A stretch of 63,960 bases of DNA, filler included, from Lama guanicoe (taxonomy: Eukaryota), in NCBI GenBank assembly GCA_013239625.1. It is 173 parts of 173 records of this genome, joined end to end, with 100 filler letters (N's around TTAATTAATTAA, not from the genome) between each part and the next. Parts side by side here need not be neighbours in the genome. Positions count along the whole stretch, not along the records: positions 50,335 to 50,605 come from PNXV01051509.1; positions 50,706 to 50,976 come from PNXV01051510.1; positions 51,077 to 51,347 come from PNXV01051511.1; positions 51,448 to 51,718 come from PNXV01051512.1; positions 51,819 to 52,089 come from PNXV01051513.1; positions 52,190 to 52,460 come from PNXV01051514.1; positions 52,561 to 52,831 come from PNXV01051515.1; positions 52,932 to 53,202 come from PNXV01051516.1; 165 more parts are not named here. The stretch is one strand, 5' to 3'. Of the stretch, positions 50,401-62,476 are shown one piece after another. How positions within the stretch are numbered: the first letter of the stretch is position 1; each line of letters opens with the position of its first letter. A program made the position numbers and the translations under genes. The notes below the pieces were generated by a model. It searched no databases. It was given only the letters and a program-made list of their open reading frames with translations, and was not told where the DNA came from.

Positions 50401-51562
50401 CCCCTCCTGCACTGCTAGAAATGCTCCAACAGGGAAGACAGGGGAGGAGACACAGGCAGGGTCTGTATGCGCAGGAAAACCCTCCCACAGGAGTCCCCAC
50501 TGAGCCAGGTTCTCCCACTGCTGGAAGGTCCTTTGTGTCTTTTCATCCTGTTTTCATTCCTTTGCTGAGATTTCCTCCTGATCATTCACTGTGTGGGTCT
50601 GTCATNNNNNNNNNNNNNNNNNNNNNNNNNNNNNNNNNNNNNNNNNNNNTTAATTAATTAANNNNNNNNNNNNNNNNNNNNNNNNNNNNNNNNNNNNNNN
50701 NNNNNAGTTATGAATAGGAAAATAAATTCTGATTTGTGGATAATCATTATTGTACCTGCCATGACTCTATTTTGGAGGATCATCTCTTGAAGAATTTGAT
50801 TGTTTTACGTGGATGCTACTAGTTGTTCACCTAACAAAGAGAGAAATGGAATTATCAGGTATACTGTTTGTTATAAAGGAAAGGAAAAGGAAAGAAAAAT
50901 TTGACCTAAAAGTTCTCTTTTTTGTCAGTGGTCATGTCAGGAAGTCATTAATCAAGAGATCCAACATAATCCTGAANNNNNNNNNNNNNNNNNNNNNNNN
51001 NNNNNNNNNNNNNNNNNNNNTTAATTAATTAANNNNNNNNNNNNNNNNNNNNNNNNNNNNNNNNNNNNNNNNNNNNCTGTGTTTTTGAAATCCAGTCATT
51101 CTGTGTATCTGTCATGTGATTAGAGATCAAAACAGCGGTAACAACAGCAACGATAATAGTAATTTGGGTATCATTTTCCAAGCACTTGTGACAAGCACTT
51201 CCAAGTATTATCTTGTTTAATTCTCATAAGTTCCCTCTGAAGAAGTTATTACTGTTTGTATTTTCTAAGTGAATAAATAGATGCTCAGAGAAGGTAACGG
51301 ACTTGTTTGTGGATACATAGCAAAAAGATGATCAATTTTTGAATCAANNNNNNNNNNNNNNNNNNNNNNNNNNNNNNNNNNNNNNNNNNNNTTAATTAAT
51401 TAANNNNNNNNNNNNNNNNNNNNNNNNNNNNNNNNNNNNNNNNNNNNGCAAAGCTGTCATCTCCATCCTCTCACCGCCTTTTCTCTCCTCCTTCTTTGGT
51501 CCTGAACTAGCTGCGAACAACTCCAGTGTTTTCACTTCCAAATAGACTGTTAGGTAGAACCT

Positions 51563-51718
51563 CAGACCCCCAGTTGCATAGGAACTTCAGGTGAACAACA
51601 GTTTTTGGTTTTTTTGTTTTAGTGTAAGTATATCCCATACAAAACTTGAGACATACTTAACACTAAAAATAATCCATTGTTTATCTGAAACTCAAATTGA
51701 GCTGGATGTTCTGCATCA
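51563..51718. mobile_element. MER53-like palindromic hAT MITE
   Basis: TTCAGGTGAACAAC..TTAGTGTAAGTATATCCCATACAAAACTTGAGACATACTTAACACTAAAAA..TTGTTTATCTGAAACTCAAATT forms an imperfect inverted repeat typical of MER53. Confidence 0.78.
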
Positions 51719-54044
51719 NNNNNNNNNNNNNNNNNNNNNNNNNNNNNNNNNNNNNNNNNNNNTTAATTAATTAANNNNNNNNNNNNNNNNNNNNNNNNNN
51801 NNNNNNNNNNNNNNNNNNCCAGTTGGTTGTCACGTAACTGCTCAGAGTGCTTTCATAATCTTTTTTTTGTATTTCTGTAATAACAGATTTTATTTCTACT
51901 CTTTCACTTATAATTTTGTTTGGGTCAGCACTCTGCATTTCTTGATAAGCTTGACAATGCTTGTCAATGTGTTAATATTTTTAAGGAAAAAAGCTGTTGA
52001 TTTAATGATTTTTAATTTATTTTTTAATTTTTATTGTATTTATTTTCAACATAATCATTAAAGATTTCTCTTTCTACTGCCTTTGGGTTNNNNNNNNNNN
52101 NNNNNNNNNNNNNNNNNNNNNNNNNNNNNNNNNTTAATTAATTAANNNNNNNNNNNNNNNNNNNNNNNNNNNNNNNNNNNNNNNNNNNNATAAATCTCCA
52201 TATATTGCTATTTCCACTTAGTTGCATACCTTAGAACCAAAATCACAAGCCACAAAAGGAAAAATAGACTGGGCATTTTTCAAAATTAAGTACTCTTGTT
52301 CTTCAAAGGATACCATAAAAAACAGATGACCCACAGAATGGAAGAAAATGTTTGCAAATCTTGTATCTGAAAGGGGCTTGTATATAGAATATATAAAGAA
52401 CTCTGAAAATGCTATAAATAAATGCTAAAAGAATTCTTCAGGAATTTCTAAAGGAATTTCNNNNNNNNNNNNNNNNNNNNNNNNNNNNNNNNNNNNNNNN
52501 NNNNTTAATTAATTAANNNNNNNNNNNNNNNNNNNNNNNNNNNNNNNNNNNNNNNNNNNNGCCTCGTGGCATCACTTACAACCGAAAACTACTGAGACAA
52601 ATTTAAATGTCAACACGTAGCAGACTGCAGAACGAGCAACAGCACAAGGAACAGGTAAGCTGCTGCGCAAAAGGAGGCGACGATGCCTATGAACTGATTT
52701 CTAGGACATTTATTAAAGACAAAACAAGGTGCTCATGAGTATATATATAAATATGCTTATATTTTTATTGATAAAATTCAACAAAAGTCACCATTTTAAA
52801 GTGTACAATTGAGTGGTTTTTATTATCACCANNNNNNNNNNNNNNNNNNNNNNNNNNNNNNNNNNNNNNNNNNNNTTAATTAATTAANNNNNNNNNNNNN
52901 NNNNNNNNNNNNNNNNNNNNNNNNNNNNNNNTCTGTCTGTCCCTGAGCCACTGTGCATCCAGCCAGCGAAGCCCAGCCTGCCATTCTGGGTGCCTCATGA
53001 AGGGACAGTCTCTTGCCCCCAGCACTGTGGTACTGAGTGTGGGCAGTTGAGCCAGACTGTCTATGAGTCTGTGATCCCATCTCCAGCCCCTGCTACCTGT
53101 ATGGCCTGAGTCATGGTGCTCTGACCTGCTATCCAAAACCTCAACCCCTTTCATCACCTTTTCTTTGGAAATTAGAAATCCTCAGGCCTCAGGATGCTCT
53201 TGNNNNNNNNNNNNNNNNNNNNNNNNNNNNNNNNNNNNNNNNNNNNTTAATTAATTAANNNNNNNNNNNNNNNNNNNNNNNNNNNNNNNNNNNNNNNNNN
53301 NNTAAGGAAGCTCTGTAAATGACTAGAGATTTCAGGATTATGTTTGTATAGTTTCAAAGGTTGAATTTTGAAATAAAGGATAATTTACGAAGGTAAGCTA
53401 GCATCCTTCATTAATCTGGAGCTATTTTAATGAAAAGGAAAAAAAGAGAAAAGGGCAACCTGTTTGCTTCTTAGGAGAGTCATATGTCAGTTTTGTTTAT
53501 AAATTATGTTTAATCTACTTTTACTTAGGTTGGATATATAGGATAAATTTCAAGTAGGTAATATTAGCAAACTNNNNNNNNNNNNNNNNNNNNNNNNNNN
53601 NNNNNNNNNNNNNNNNNTTAATTAATTAANNNNNNNNNNNNNNNNNNNNNNNNNNNNNNNNNNNNNNNNNNNNAGGGAGAGATTCAGGGCTCCATCATGT
53701 AGCCTTTCAAAAGTGATGCATTTTAAAGACAGCTAGCTTCTTTATGTAAAATTTATGCAAACTTTAGAAAAAACCCATTATAATTTTTTTGTTTTATTGT
53801 GTTTTATTTTTAAGTATTGGCCTTTCCATCTGTAACATACGCTCCCCACCATCTGTGCATAAATGGTTCATGTCCTTAACAAAGTCCACGATGTTCAGCA
53901 AAGCTTGGCTCCCAAGCACCCTTACCACTTAATCCTCCACGTTANNNNNNNNNNNNNNNNNNNNNNNNNNNNNNNNNNNNNNNNNNNNTTAATTAATTAA
54001 NNNNNNNNNNNNNNNNNNNNNNNNNNNNNNNNNNNNNNNNNNNN

Positions 54045-54314
54045 ATATATTTGTCTTTCTGTCTGACTTACTTCACTTAGTATGATAAATGCCGTGTCCA
54101 TCCATGTTACTGGAAATGACATTATTTCATTCTTTTTTCTGGCTAAGTAATATTCCACTGTGCACATATATGATACCTTCCTTATCCATTCATCTGTCAA
54201 TGGACATTTAGGTTGCTTCTGTGTCTTGACTGTTGTGAATAGTGCTGCTGTGAACATTGGGGTGCATGTCTAAGAAATCTAGAGATAGTCATACTAAGTG
54301 AAGTAAGTCTGACA
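54045..54314. mobile_element. Head-to-head L1 junction (minus-strand copy 54045-54270, plus-strand copy ~54271-54314)
   Basis: The minus ORF MFTAALFTTVKTQKQPKCPLTDEWIRK.. is the L1 ORF2 C-terminus. 54289-54314 is the reverse complement of 54060-54085 with one mismatch. Confidence 0.85.
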
Positions 54315-55527
54315 NNNNNNNNNNNNNNNNNNNNNNNNNNNNNNNNNNNNNNNNNNNNTTAATTAATTAANNNNNNNNNNNNNNNNNNNNNNNNNNNNNN
54401 NNNNNNNNNNNNNNGTGTCCATTGTTTTATCCGCTCAGAAGATCCTGACTTCGGAGCGTGAAGTAGGAGCCCCTCCTCCCTGGAGACGGTCTTTGCCACT
54501 TTCAGTCTCAGTAGAGCCAACATAACTGCTCTGGACATTTGGAAATGCAGTTCCAGAGCATACCTGGGAGTTCCCATCCTATATATCTAAACATTTTAAA
54601 TGCAGTAGGTTCTAAAGTCCTGCCTTTACAAATATTCATTCATTATAAGGGGGAAGGCCAGGTTCAAAATTAGAATTCCCAGACTNNNNNNNNNNNNNNN
54701 NNNNNNNNNNNNNNNNNNNNNNNNNNNNNTTAATTAATTAANNNNNNNNNNNNNNNNNNNNNNNNNNNNNNNNNNNNNNNNNNNNCTATTAGCAGTTCTG
54801 CTGCAGGAGGCGGCGTAGTTTCCCACTGAGCTACGGACGCAGAACGAAGAAACTGAGCGACAGAGGCCAAAGGACCTGCCTGAGGCTAACGGACCAGCAT
54901 TTGAGTTCTACCCGCTCCGGACCCACATGTATGTTTGGAACATCACTCTCTTTACTTCTGAAGAGCTGCTAAGTTTAAGCACTTACAGCAATCAAGCAGG
55001 AAATATGAACAATACTTTCCCCCAGTAATAGGTCTATTCCATGAATGTCAATTTTCNNNNNNNNNNNNNNNNNNNNNNNNNNNNNNNNNNNNNNNNNNNN
55101 TTAATTAATTAANNNNNNNNNNNNNNNNNNNNNNNNNNNNNNNNNNNNNNNNNNNNTCATGACCTGAACAGAATGAAGAGCTGGGAGGGAACCTAGATAT
55201 CATCTTACGTGGTGTTTCTTTGATTTGAAAATATAAAGCCTGTTGGTGTGTGGTTGTGTGCCTGGTGGGGCAAGAGGGTGGGAAGATCTGAAAAACTGGA
55301 CGAAAAATCTCTGTGAAATATCAATTTTCCCCCAAAGCTTGGGGCGGGGTGGGGTAGGGAAGGAGTCAAGTCATTTTGTTTGCAACTCATTTAAAAATCA
55401 TTTTATATTTTTAAATAATGTATATATNNNNNNNNNNNNNNNNNNNNNNNNNNNNNNNNNNNNNNNNNNNNTTAATTAATTAANNNNNNNNNNNNNNNNN
55501 NNNNNNNNNNNNNNNNNNNNNNNNNNN

Positions 55528-55798
55528 ATGGGGAAGAACAGGATAGTGGTCCTAGACAGCTAGGTGCATATCAAAGGAATGACTTAAATGAGCCCAGACC
55601 TTTGCACCTTCTCATGCATGAAAACGCTAAAGTCCTTAACTTGAGGTATCTGGTTTTCTTTAATTAACATCTTTTGATGTTCTAACTACCCGGTCTTTGT
55701 TGCAAAAACTGATATAACCTTGCCAGTTTGAAACCATCTCTCAGAGCAATCTGAGATACTGCGTCCCAGGCTTGAGTCCTAAGAAAACCCACTGAATA
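55528..55798 (+). mobile_element. Probable ERV1 LTR (U3/R part)
   Basis: TATA-like GATATAACC followed by CTCAGAGCAATCTGAGATACTGCGTCCCAGGCTTGAGTCCT..ACTGAATA, resembling class I LTR R regions. Confidence 0.55.
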
Positions 55799-56640
55799 NN
55801 NNNNNNNNNNNNNNNNNNNNNNNNNNNNNNNNNNNNNNNNNNTTAATTAATTAANNNNNNNNNNNNNNNNNNNNNNNNNNNNNNNNNNNNNNNNNNNNGG
55901 AAAACACTCATTACCTCAAGCTGTTTTCTTTCATCTCCTAGTTGATGGCATCAGGTACTTAACAGGTCTTCTGATCCTCGGAGCAGCCTCCACACAAGAG
56001 GTCACTCTGACTTAGCCTGCACTCCTTCCTCGGGCACAGGCACCCACCGTGTGCCGCGCGATATGATGTGAATTTATTTAATTCCCCTCGTAACAATACC
56101 AGGGAGAGTGGTGAGTGCTGACTTCAGCCTTAGTCAGGGATAATGGCTTGGGTTTGATTAGGAGTTATCNNNNNNNNNNNNNNNNNNNNNNNNNNNNNNN
56201 NNNNNNNNNNNNNTTAATTAATTAANNNNNNNNNNNNNNNNNNNNNNNNNNNNNNNNNNNNNNNNNNNNAAAGGAAACCACTTCACATCCATGGAGCGGA
56301 ACATGGGGTCAAACTCAAAAGCATTGTGGTTTCCATGTTCATTTCACTCTTTAAATGTTAGTTCTCCACATGGTTGAGACATATACAAGAGGGCGAATCC
56401 AGAACATCAACTTATAGTGCCCTAACATTTCTCTTTTAGGTTTCCTTGGCCCCCTTCTCCCACCCCAGGAGCTTCCTCATTGCTCCTTTCACATCCTTGT
56501 TCCTCAGAGTATAGATGAGGGGGTTGACACTGGGAGTGACNNNNNNNNNNNNNNNNNNNNNNNNNNNNNNNNNNNNNNNNNNNNTTAATTAATTAANNNN
56601 NNNNNNNNNNNNNNNNNNNNNNNNNNNNNNNNNNNNNNNN

Positions 56641-56911
56641 CCACTTAGTAGGCTGCCTTTCCATTTAGTTGCTAGTTTCCTTCACTGTGCAAAAGCTTTT
56701 TACTTTGATGTATTTATTTATTTTTGCTTTTGCTTCCCTTGCCTGAGAAGGCATACCCAAAAAATATTCCTAAGATGAATGCCAAAGAGCATGCTGCCTG
56801 TGTTTCCTTCTACAAATTTCATGGTTTCAGTTGTTACATTCAAGTCTTTGATCCATTTTGAGTTTATTTTTGTATATGATGTGAGAAAGTCATTTAGTTT
56901 GGTCTTTTTTT
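56641..56911 (-). mobile_element. L1 ORF2 fragment
   Basis: TTTCCTTCACTGTGCAAAAGCTTTT..TTACATTCAAGTCTTTGATCCATTTTGAGTTTATTTTTGTATATG. Confidence 0.88.
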
Positions 56912-57011
56912 NNNNNNNNNNNNNNNNNNNNNNNNNNNNNNNNNNNNNNNNNNNNTTAATTAATTAANNNNNNNNNNNNNNNNNNNNNNNNNNNNNNNNN
57001 NNNNNNNNNNN

Positions 57012-57282
57012 AGTGTTGTGAGTAATGCTGCAAAGAACATGGGCGTAAAGATATCTCTTTGAGATCCTGATTTCAATTCCTTCAGATATATACCCAGAAC
57101 TAAGATTGCTGGATCATACGGCGATTCTGTTTTTAGTTTCTTGATGAAACTCCGTATCGTTTTCCATAGTGGTTGCACCAATTTATATTCCTACCAAAAA
57201 TGTACAAAGTTCCCTTTTCTCCACATCCTCCTAAACATTTTTTGTCCTTTTAGGGTTTTTTGATAATAGCCATCCAACAAAT
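57012..57282 (-). mobile_element. L1 ORF2 C-terminal (Cys-rich/zinc knuckle region) fragment
   Basis: [52 protein letters not shown]. Confidence 0.92.
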
Positions 57283-58124
57283 NNNNNNNNNNNNNNNNNN
57301 NNNNNNNNNNNNNNNNNNNNNNNNNNTTAATTAATTAANNNNNNNNNNNNNNNNNNNNNNNNNNNNNNNNNNNNNNNNNNNNCCACCCCCAGGCCCAGCT
57401 CCTGGGAGTGCTTGGTCCTCCCTGAGCAGCTGTGCAGGGACCAGAGGGCAGCCTCACCTCGCCCCCTCCCGGTAGAATGTGGAAAATGAAAAAAAATTTT
57501 TTTAATGATATCCAGAAAAAAAGAGATAAAATGCGTTTTTCCTTAGGAAAATACAACATTGGCTCTGATAGAGAAAATAAGAAAATGGACTAACTTCCAA
57601 GGATGAAAACCAAAAATTTTATTATGGAATTATTCCACACATAGATATAACATNNNNNNNNNNNNNNNNNNNNNNNNNNNNNNNNNNNNNNNNNNNNTTA
57701 ATTAATTAANNNNNNNNNNNNNNNNNNNNNNNNNNNNNNNNNNNNNNNNNNNNGAGTGGATTGAGATGGAGCTGGCCTCGCACGTTGGGGGCACCCTGGA
57801 TGCCCCCTGTTCTTGTGGATCACCCTCGCTGCTTGAAATGCCCATCCTGCCCTGGGGGCAGCCAGCAGGACCCCAGGCAAAACTTCCTGCTCCTCTGAGA
57901 ACCTCTCCCCATCCACCCTCTCCTTCCAGACTTGGTGGCTGGAGTCTGGCTGTCCCTGGGTGTGTCTGGTTGCCATCACCCTTGTCCGCAGGCCTCTCTC
58001 TCCCCGGCTGCTTTGCTAGAATGTNNNNNNNNNNNNNNNNNNNNNNNNNNNNNNNNNNNNNNNNNNNNTTAATTAATTAANNNNNNNNNNNNNNNNNNNN
58101 NNNNNNNNNNNNNNNNNNNNNNNN

Positions 58125-58395
58125 CGTCTCTCCACATGCTCAGTTTTGAGAGTAAAGCGTGTGTGAAATCCGTTCTTCACCTAGATTTTAGGGAACACAA
58201 TATTTCTTTTCAGTTGCAAACACCACTACATACATATATAAGGGGAGGTACAAGCTCCAACTCGATATTACAGTGATAACTTCAGTAACTTCAAACCGTC
58301 ACTCGTGGACAGACTGAGAAACCAGTGTAATTGTTTCTCCTACAAACTGTTCCCTTTGTGCTAGATGAATGAACGTCTCTCCACATGCTCTGTTT
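58125..58395. repeat. Candidate tandem satellite monomer, ~249-bp period
   Basis: The contig starts CGTCTCTCCACATGCTCAGTTT (58125-58146) and ends CGTCTCTCCACATGCTCTGTTT (58374-58395): 21/22 identity at a 249-bp offset. No resemblance to common interspersed repeats. Confidence 0.7.
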
Positions 58396-58866
58396 NNNNN
58401 NNNNNNNNNNNNNNNNNNNNNNNNNNNNNNNNNNNNNNNTTAATTAATTAANNNNNNNNNNNNNNNNNNNNNNNNNNNNNNNNNNNNNNNNNNNNAGGAG
58501 AAATGACACTTAATTCACTGTTGCTTGTATATACCCTGGGATTAAAGGACAAGATAGGAAATAACTTTGGTCCAAGAAGTGCTTCCAGTGTGCCCAAGCC
58601 GGCTAGGCACACTCTGAGCTGTTGCCAGACAGCCAGGGCCCAGTCAACCATCTTGCACAGGGGATCACAGGGAGAGGGCACCTGCTCTCGTAACTAGAGA
58701 CACAGGAAGGAGCAAGATGGGGGCTCGGTTTAGAACAGGGATTCTTTTCCTTTTGTTTCTATCAGTNNNNNNNNNNNNNNNNNNNNNNNNNNNNNNNNNN
58801 NNNNNNNNNNTTAATTAATTAANNNNNNNNNNNNNNNNNNNNNNNNNNNNNNNNNNNNNNNNNNNN

Positions 58867-59137
58867 ATGGTAGAATATTATTTGGCTCATGAAAAGAAAC
58901 AAAATGCTGATACACAGTACCACTTGGATGAACCTTGGAAGTGAAAGAAGCCAGACATAAAAAAACACATATTGTGTGATTCCACTTATGTGAAAAGTCC
59001 AGAATAGACAAATCTATAGAGAGAGGTAGATCAGTATTTGCCTGGGGCTGGAGGTTTGAGGGGAAATGGGGGAGTGATGAAAATGTTCTGTAATTGACTG
59101 TGGTGATTAATGCACAACTCTGCAAATGCACTGAAAC
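58867..59137 (+). mobile_element. Old L1 (L1MB/L1MC-type) ORF2 end and 3' UTR
   Basis: TGGATGAACCTTGGAAGTGAAAGAAGCCAGAC..TATTGTGTGATTCCACTTATGTGAAAAGTCCAGAATAGACAAATCTATAGAG..GATGAAAATGTTCTG..TGCACAACTCTG. Confidence 0.85.
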
Positions 59138-62100
59138 NNNNNNNNNNNNNNNNNNNNNNNNNNNNNNNNNNNNNNNNNNNNTTAATTAATTAANNNNNNN
59201 NNNNNNNNNNNNNNNNNNNNNNNNNNNNNNNNNNNNNCATTTCCATAAAAACAGGGGGGAAATGCTTTCCAAACACATGTTCTCTGTAGAGACTTTGACG
59301 CAGAAAACCTCCTGAGTAAAAGCAGAGAAACCAGAGATGGAAGGATATCAACTTGAATCATTAAGTTGGTAAAAAAAAACAAAAACAAAAACTGTAGCGG
59401 GACAGCCACGGCTGCTAGGCTCATAGCATCACCATCTGTATCATTAAAGCTTGCTGTACGTGATTTGTGACTGAGTATTCTCATAGGAAAACAGCCATCA
59501 CTGGTCCCNNNNNNNNNNNNNNNNNNNNNNNNNNNNNNNNNNNNNNNNNNNNTTAATTAATTAANNNNNNNNNNNNNNNNNNNNNNNNNNNNNNNNNNNN
59601 NNNNNNNNGTGGGGCCCTCCAGGCCCCGAGAGGGGAGGGTTTGACCCAGTTAATAAGAGGCGGCACTGGAGACAGAATCTACATCTTCTGATTCCCGGGC
59701 CAGAGCTGTGTCCACTAATTAGCCCCAGCTGATTCCCCCGGTAGCACTGATGCAGGAGAAACAGACGTGGGGCTTCAGGAGGGCCGTGTCCCGGGCTTCG
59801 GCTGAGCCCCTGGGACATACCCCGCCAAGTGTGGGTCCTTGGCTTCGTGCAGGAAAGAAGTCAAGAGTGAGCCACAGTTNNNNNNNNNNNNNNNNNNNNN
59901 NNNNNNNNNNNNNNNNNNNNNNNTTAATTAATTAANNNNNNNNNNNNNNNNNNNNNNNNNNNNNNNNNNNNNNNNNNNNCAAAATACTACAGTCAATTGT
60001 TTTTACTATATTTTAATCCTTTTCTTTTCTTTTTTTCTTTCCTTATTTTCTAGGTTTCCTTCTTTTATCATTTATTTTTCTGTTTAAATATTTTTTTAGT
60101 CATTCTTTGAGAGTATGTCATTTGGTGACAAATTATCTTAGTTTCTATGTATTCAAGAATGTTTTGATTGCTCCTTCATTCCTGAAGAATATTTTCACTA
60201 AATTTTAGAAACATTCAGTTTGACAGTTCCTTACACCTAATACTTGGAAANNNNNNNNNNNNNNNNNNNNNNNNNNNNNNNNNNNNNNNNNNNNTTAATT
60301 AATTAANNNNNNNNNNNNNNNNNNNNNNNNNNNNNNNNNNNNNNNNNNNNAAAAATGTTAAAAAAAGATAAAAAAAGAATAGGAGCTCTATCATAAGTTC
60401 AGAAATTGTAAAGCAGAGTTACAGAATTTAAAAATTAAACCTTTTATCCTATTTGAGCTTTTAATTATTTATTTTGTTTAGCTTTCTTCTTTTTTAAAAA
60501 TAATTTCACATTTTTATTTTTATTTATTATTTTATTTGGGGGAGAGGTAATTGGGTTTTTATTTATTAATTTATTTTTTTAATTGAAGTGCAGTCAGTTA
60601 CAATGTGTCAGTTTCTGGTGTNNNNNNNNNNNNNNNNNNNNNNNNNNNNNNNNNNNNNNNNNNNNTTAATTAATTAANNNNNNNNNNNNNNNNNNNNNNN
60701 NNNNNNNNNNNNNNNNNNNNNACAAGTGCAACCCCCAAACTGCACCTCCTGACCACACTTCCCGACAGCCCACTCTTCATTTTTCCTTCCGTGTCCCAGG
60801 AGGCCCCTGCAGACCCTGCCACAGGCCATGGCAGCCTGCTGGCCCATTAGAAGCATCCTACCTGCAAAAAAGGAGGGGCCTTCCCCCAGCCAGAAATGAA
60901 ACACTCCCTCATCCTGGGAGAAACCAGACCCATCCTGCCCTGTACACTCAGCAAGCACCTCCCAGTGTGCCGGCACCACGCCCAGCCCTGGGNNNNNNNN
61001 NNNNNNNNNNNNNNNNNNNNNNNNNNNNNNNNNNNNTTAATTAATTAANNNNNNNNNNNNNNNNNNNNNNNNNNNNNNNNNNNNNNNNNNNNAATGCAAT
61101 TTTTCTCTGTGATTCCATCTAGTAGAAGAATGTCAATTACTACCTTTTTTCTTTTTTTCTACAAATCATACAGGACTCAGGGTAAGACATAAGCATTGCA
61201 GTAACTTAGAACCACTGAGCATAGCCAGTTGTGCAGCATCTTCCTACCCACTGCCACTGTTGTGATTTCTGAGATGACTATTATGCTTTTTCCTTAGGGT
61301 TTTTTCTTTTTTTCTGAAGTACAGTCAGTTACAATGTGTCAATCTCCAGTGCACAGCACAATGNNNNNNNNNNNNNNNNNNNNNNNNNNNNNNNNNNNNN
61401 NNNNNNNTTAATTAATTAANNNNNNNNNNNNNNNNNNNNNNNNNNNNNNNNNNNNNNNNNNNNTGAGCGGTAGCAGTGTTATTCTACACTTTTTAAAAGA
61501 CGTGTCCTCCTTGTGTCCATGACCCATGTCTACCCCAAACCCAACGGCAGAGGTGTTCTTTAAAGACTTGAATATATGAATGTCTGTATGTAGTTACTTA
61601 AAGGTTATTCCTCTGTGTAATATGAAGTTATATGAGATGAACACTTTGAAACTTTCCAACACAACTTCCATAACTAGAAGGTGGAAACCAAAACCCTCGT
61701 GATGGCATTTCCTCTGGCAGCTGGTGCTGTGGGCNNNNNNNNNNNNNNNNNNNNNNNNNNNNNNNNNNNNNNNNNNNNTTAATTAATTAANNNNNNNNNN
61801 NNNNNNNNNNNNNNNNNNNNNNNNNNNNNNNNNNCTTACTTATGCGCAGGTTTCACCTTGCTCTTCCCCTGACACACCCCAGCCGGACCGTAAATCCACA
61901 CGAGCAGAGACCAGACTGCAAAGTCTTGGAAGCAGCTGGACAAACAGGCAGGCAGCCAAAGACCGGACACAGGAGAGTGAGACCGGCGAAAACGCGGTAT
62001 AAACGGACACCCCGGCAACTCCTGACTGAGTACCCCGATCCAAGGGCCCGCAGACTACTTCTGCCAGGGGCCAACAGCAAACACTTCACGCTCTGCGGGT

Positions 62101-62205
62101 CACACNNNNNNNNNNNNNNNNNNNNNNNNNNNNNNNNNNNNNNNNNNNNTTAATTAATTAANNNNNNNNNNNNNNNNNNNNNNNNNNNNNNNNNNNNNNN
62201 NNNNN

Positions 62206-62476
62206 GCATATTAATTTTGTATCCTTCAACTTTACCAAATTCATTGATGAGCTCGAGCACTTTTCTGGTTGCTTCCTTAGGATTTTCTACATATAGTATC
62301 ATATCATCCACGAGCAGTTACGGTATTCCTTCTTCTTTTCTGCTTAGTATTCCTTTCATTTCTTTTTCTTCTCTGATTGCTATGGCTACGACTTCCAAAA
62401 TTATGTTGAAGAAACGTGGCAAGAGCAGGCATCCTTGTTTTGTTCCTGATCTTAGAGGGAATGCTTTCAGCTCCTC
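62206..62476 (-). mobile_element. L1 ORF2 RT fragment
   Basis: Antisense of GAGCTGAAAGCATTCCCTCTAAGATCAGGAACAAAACAAGGATGCC ([13 protein letters not shown]) and ..GATGATATGATACTATATGTAGAAAATCCT (DDMILYVENP). Confidence 0.92.
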
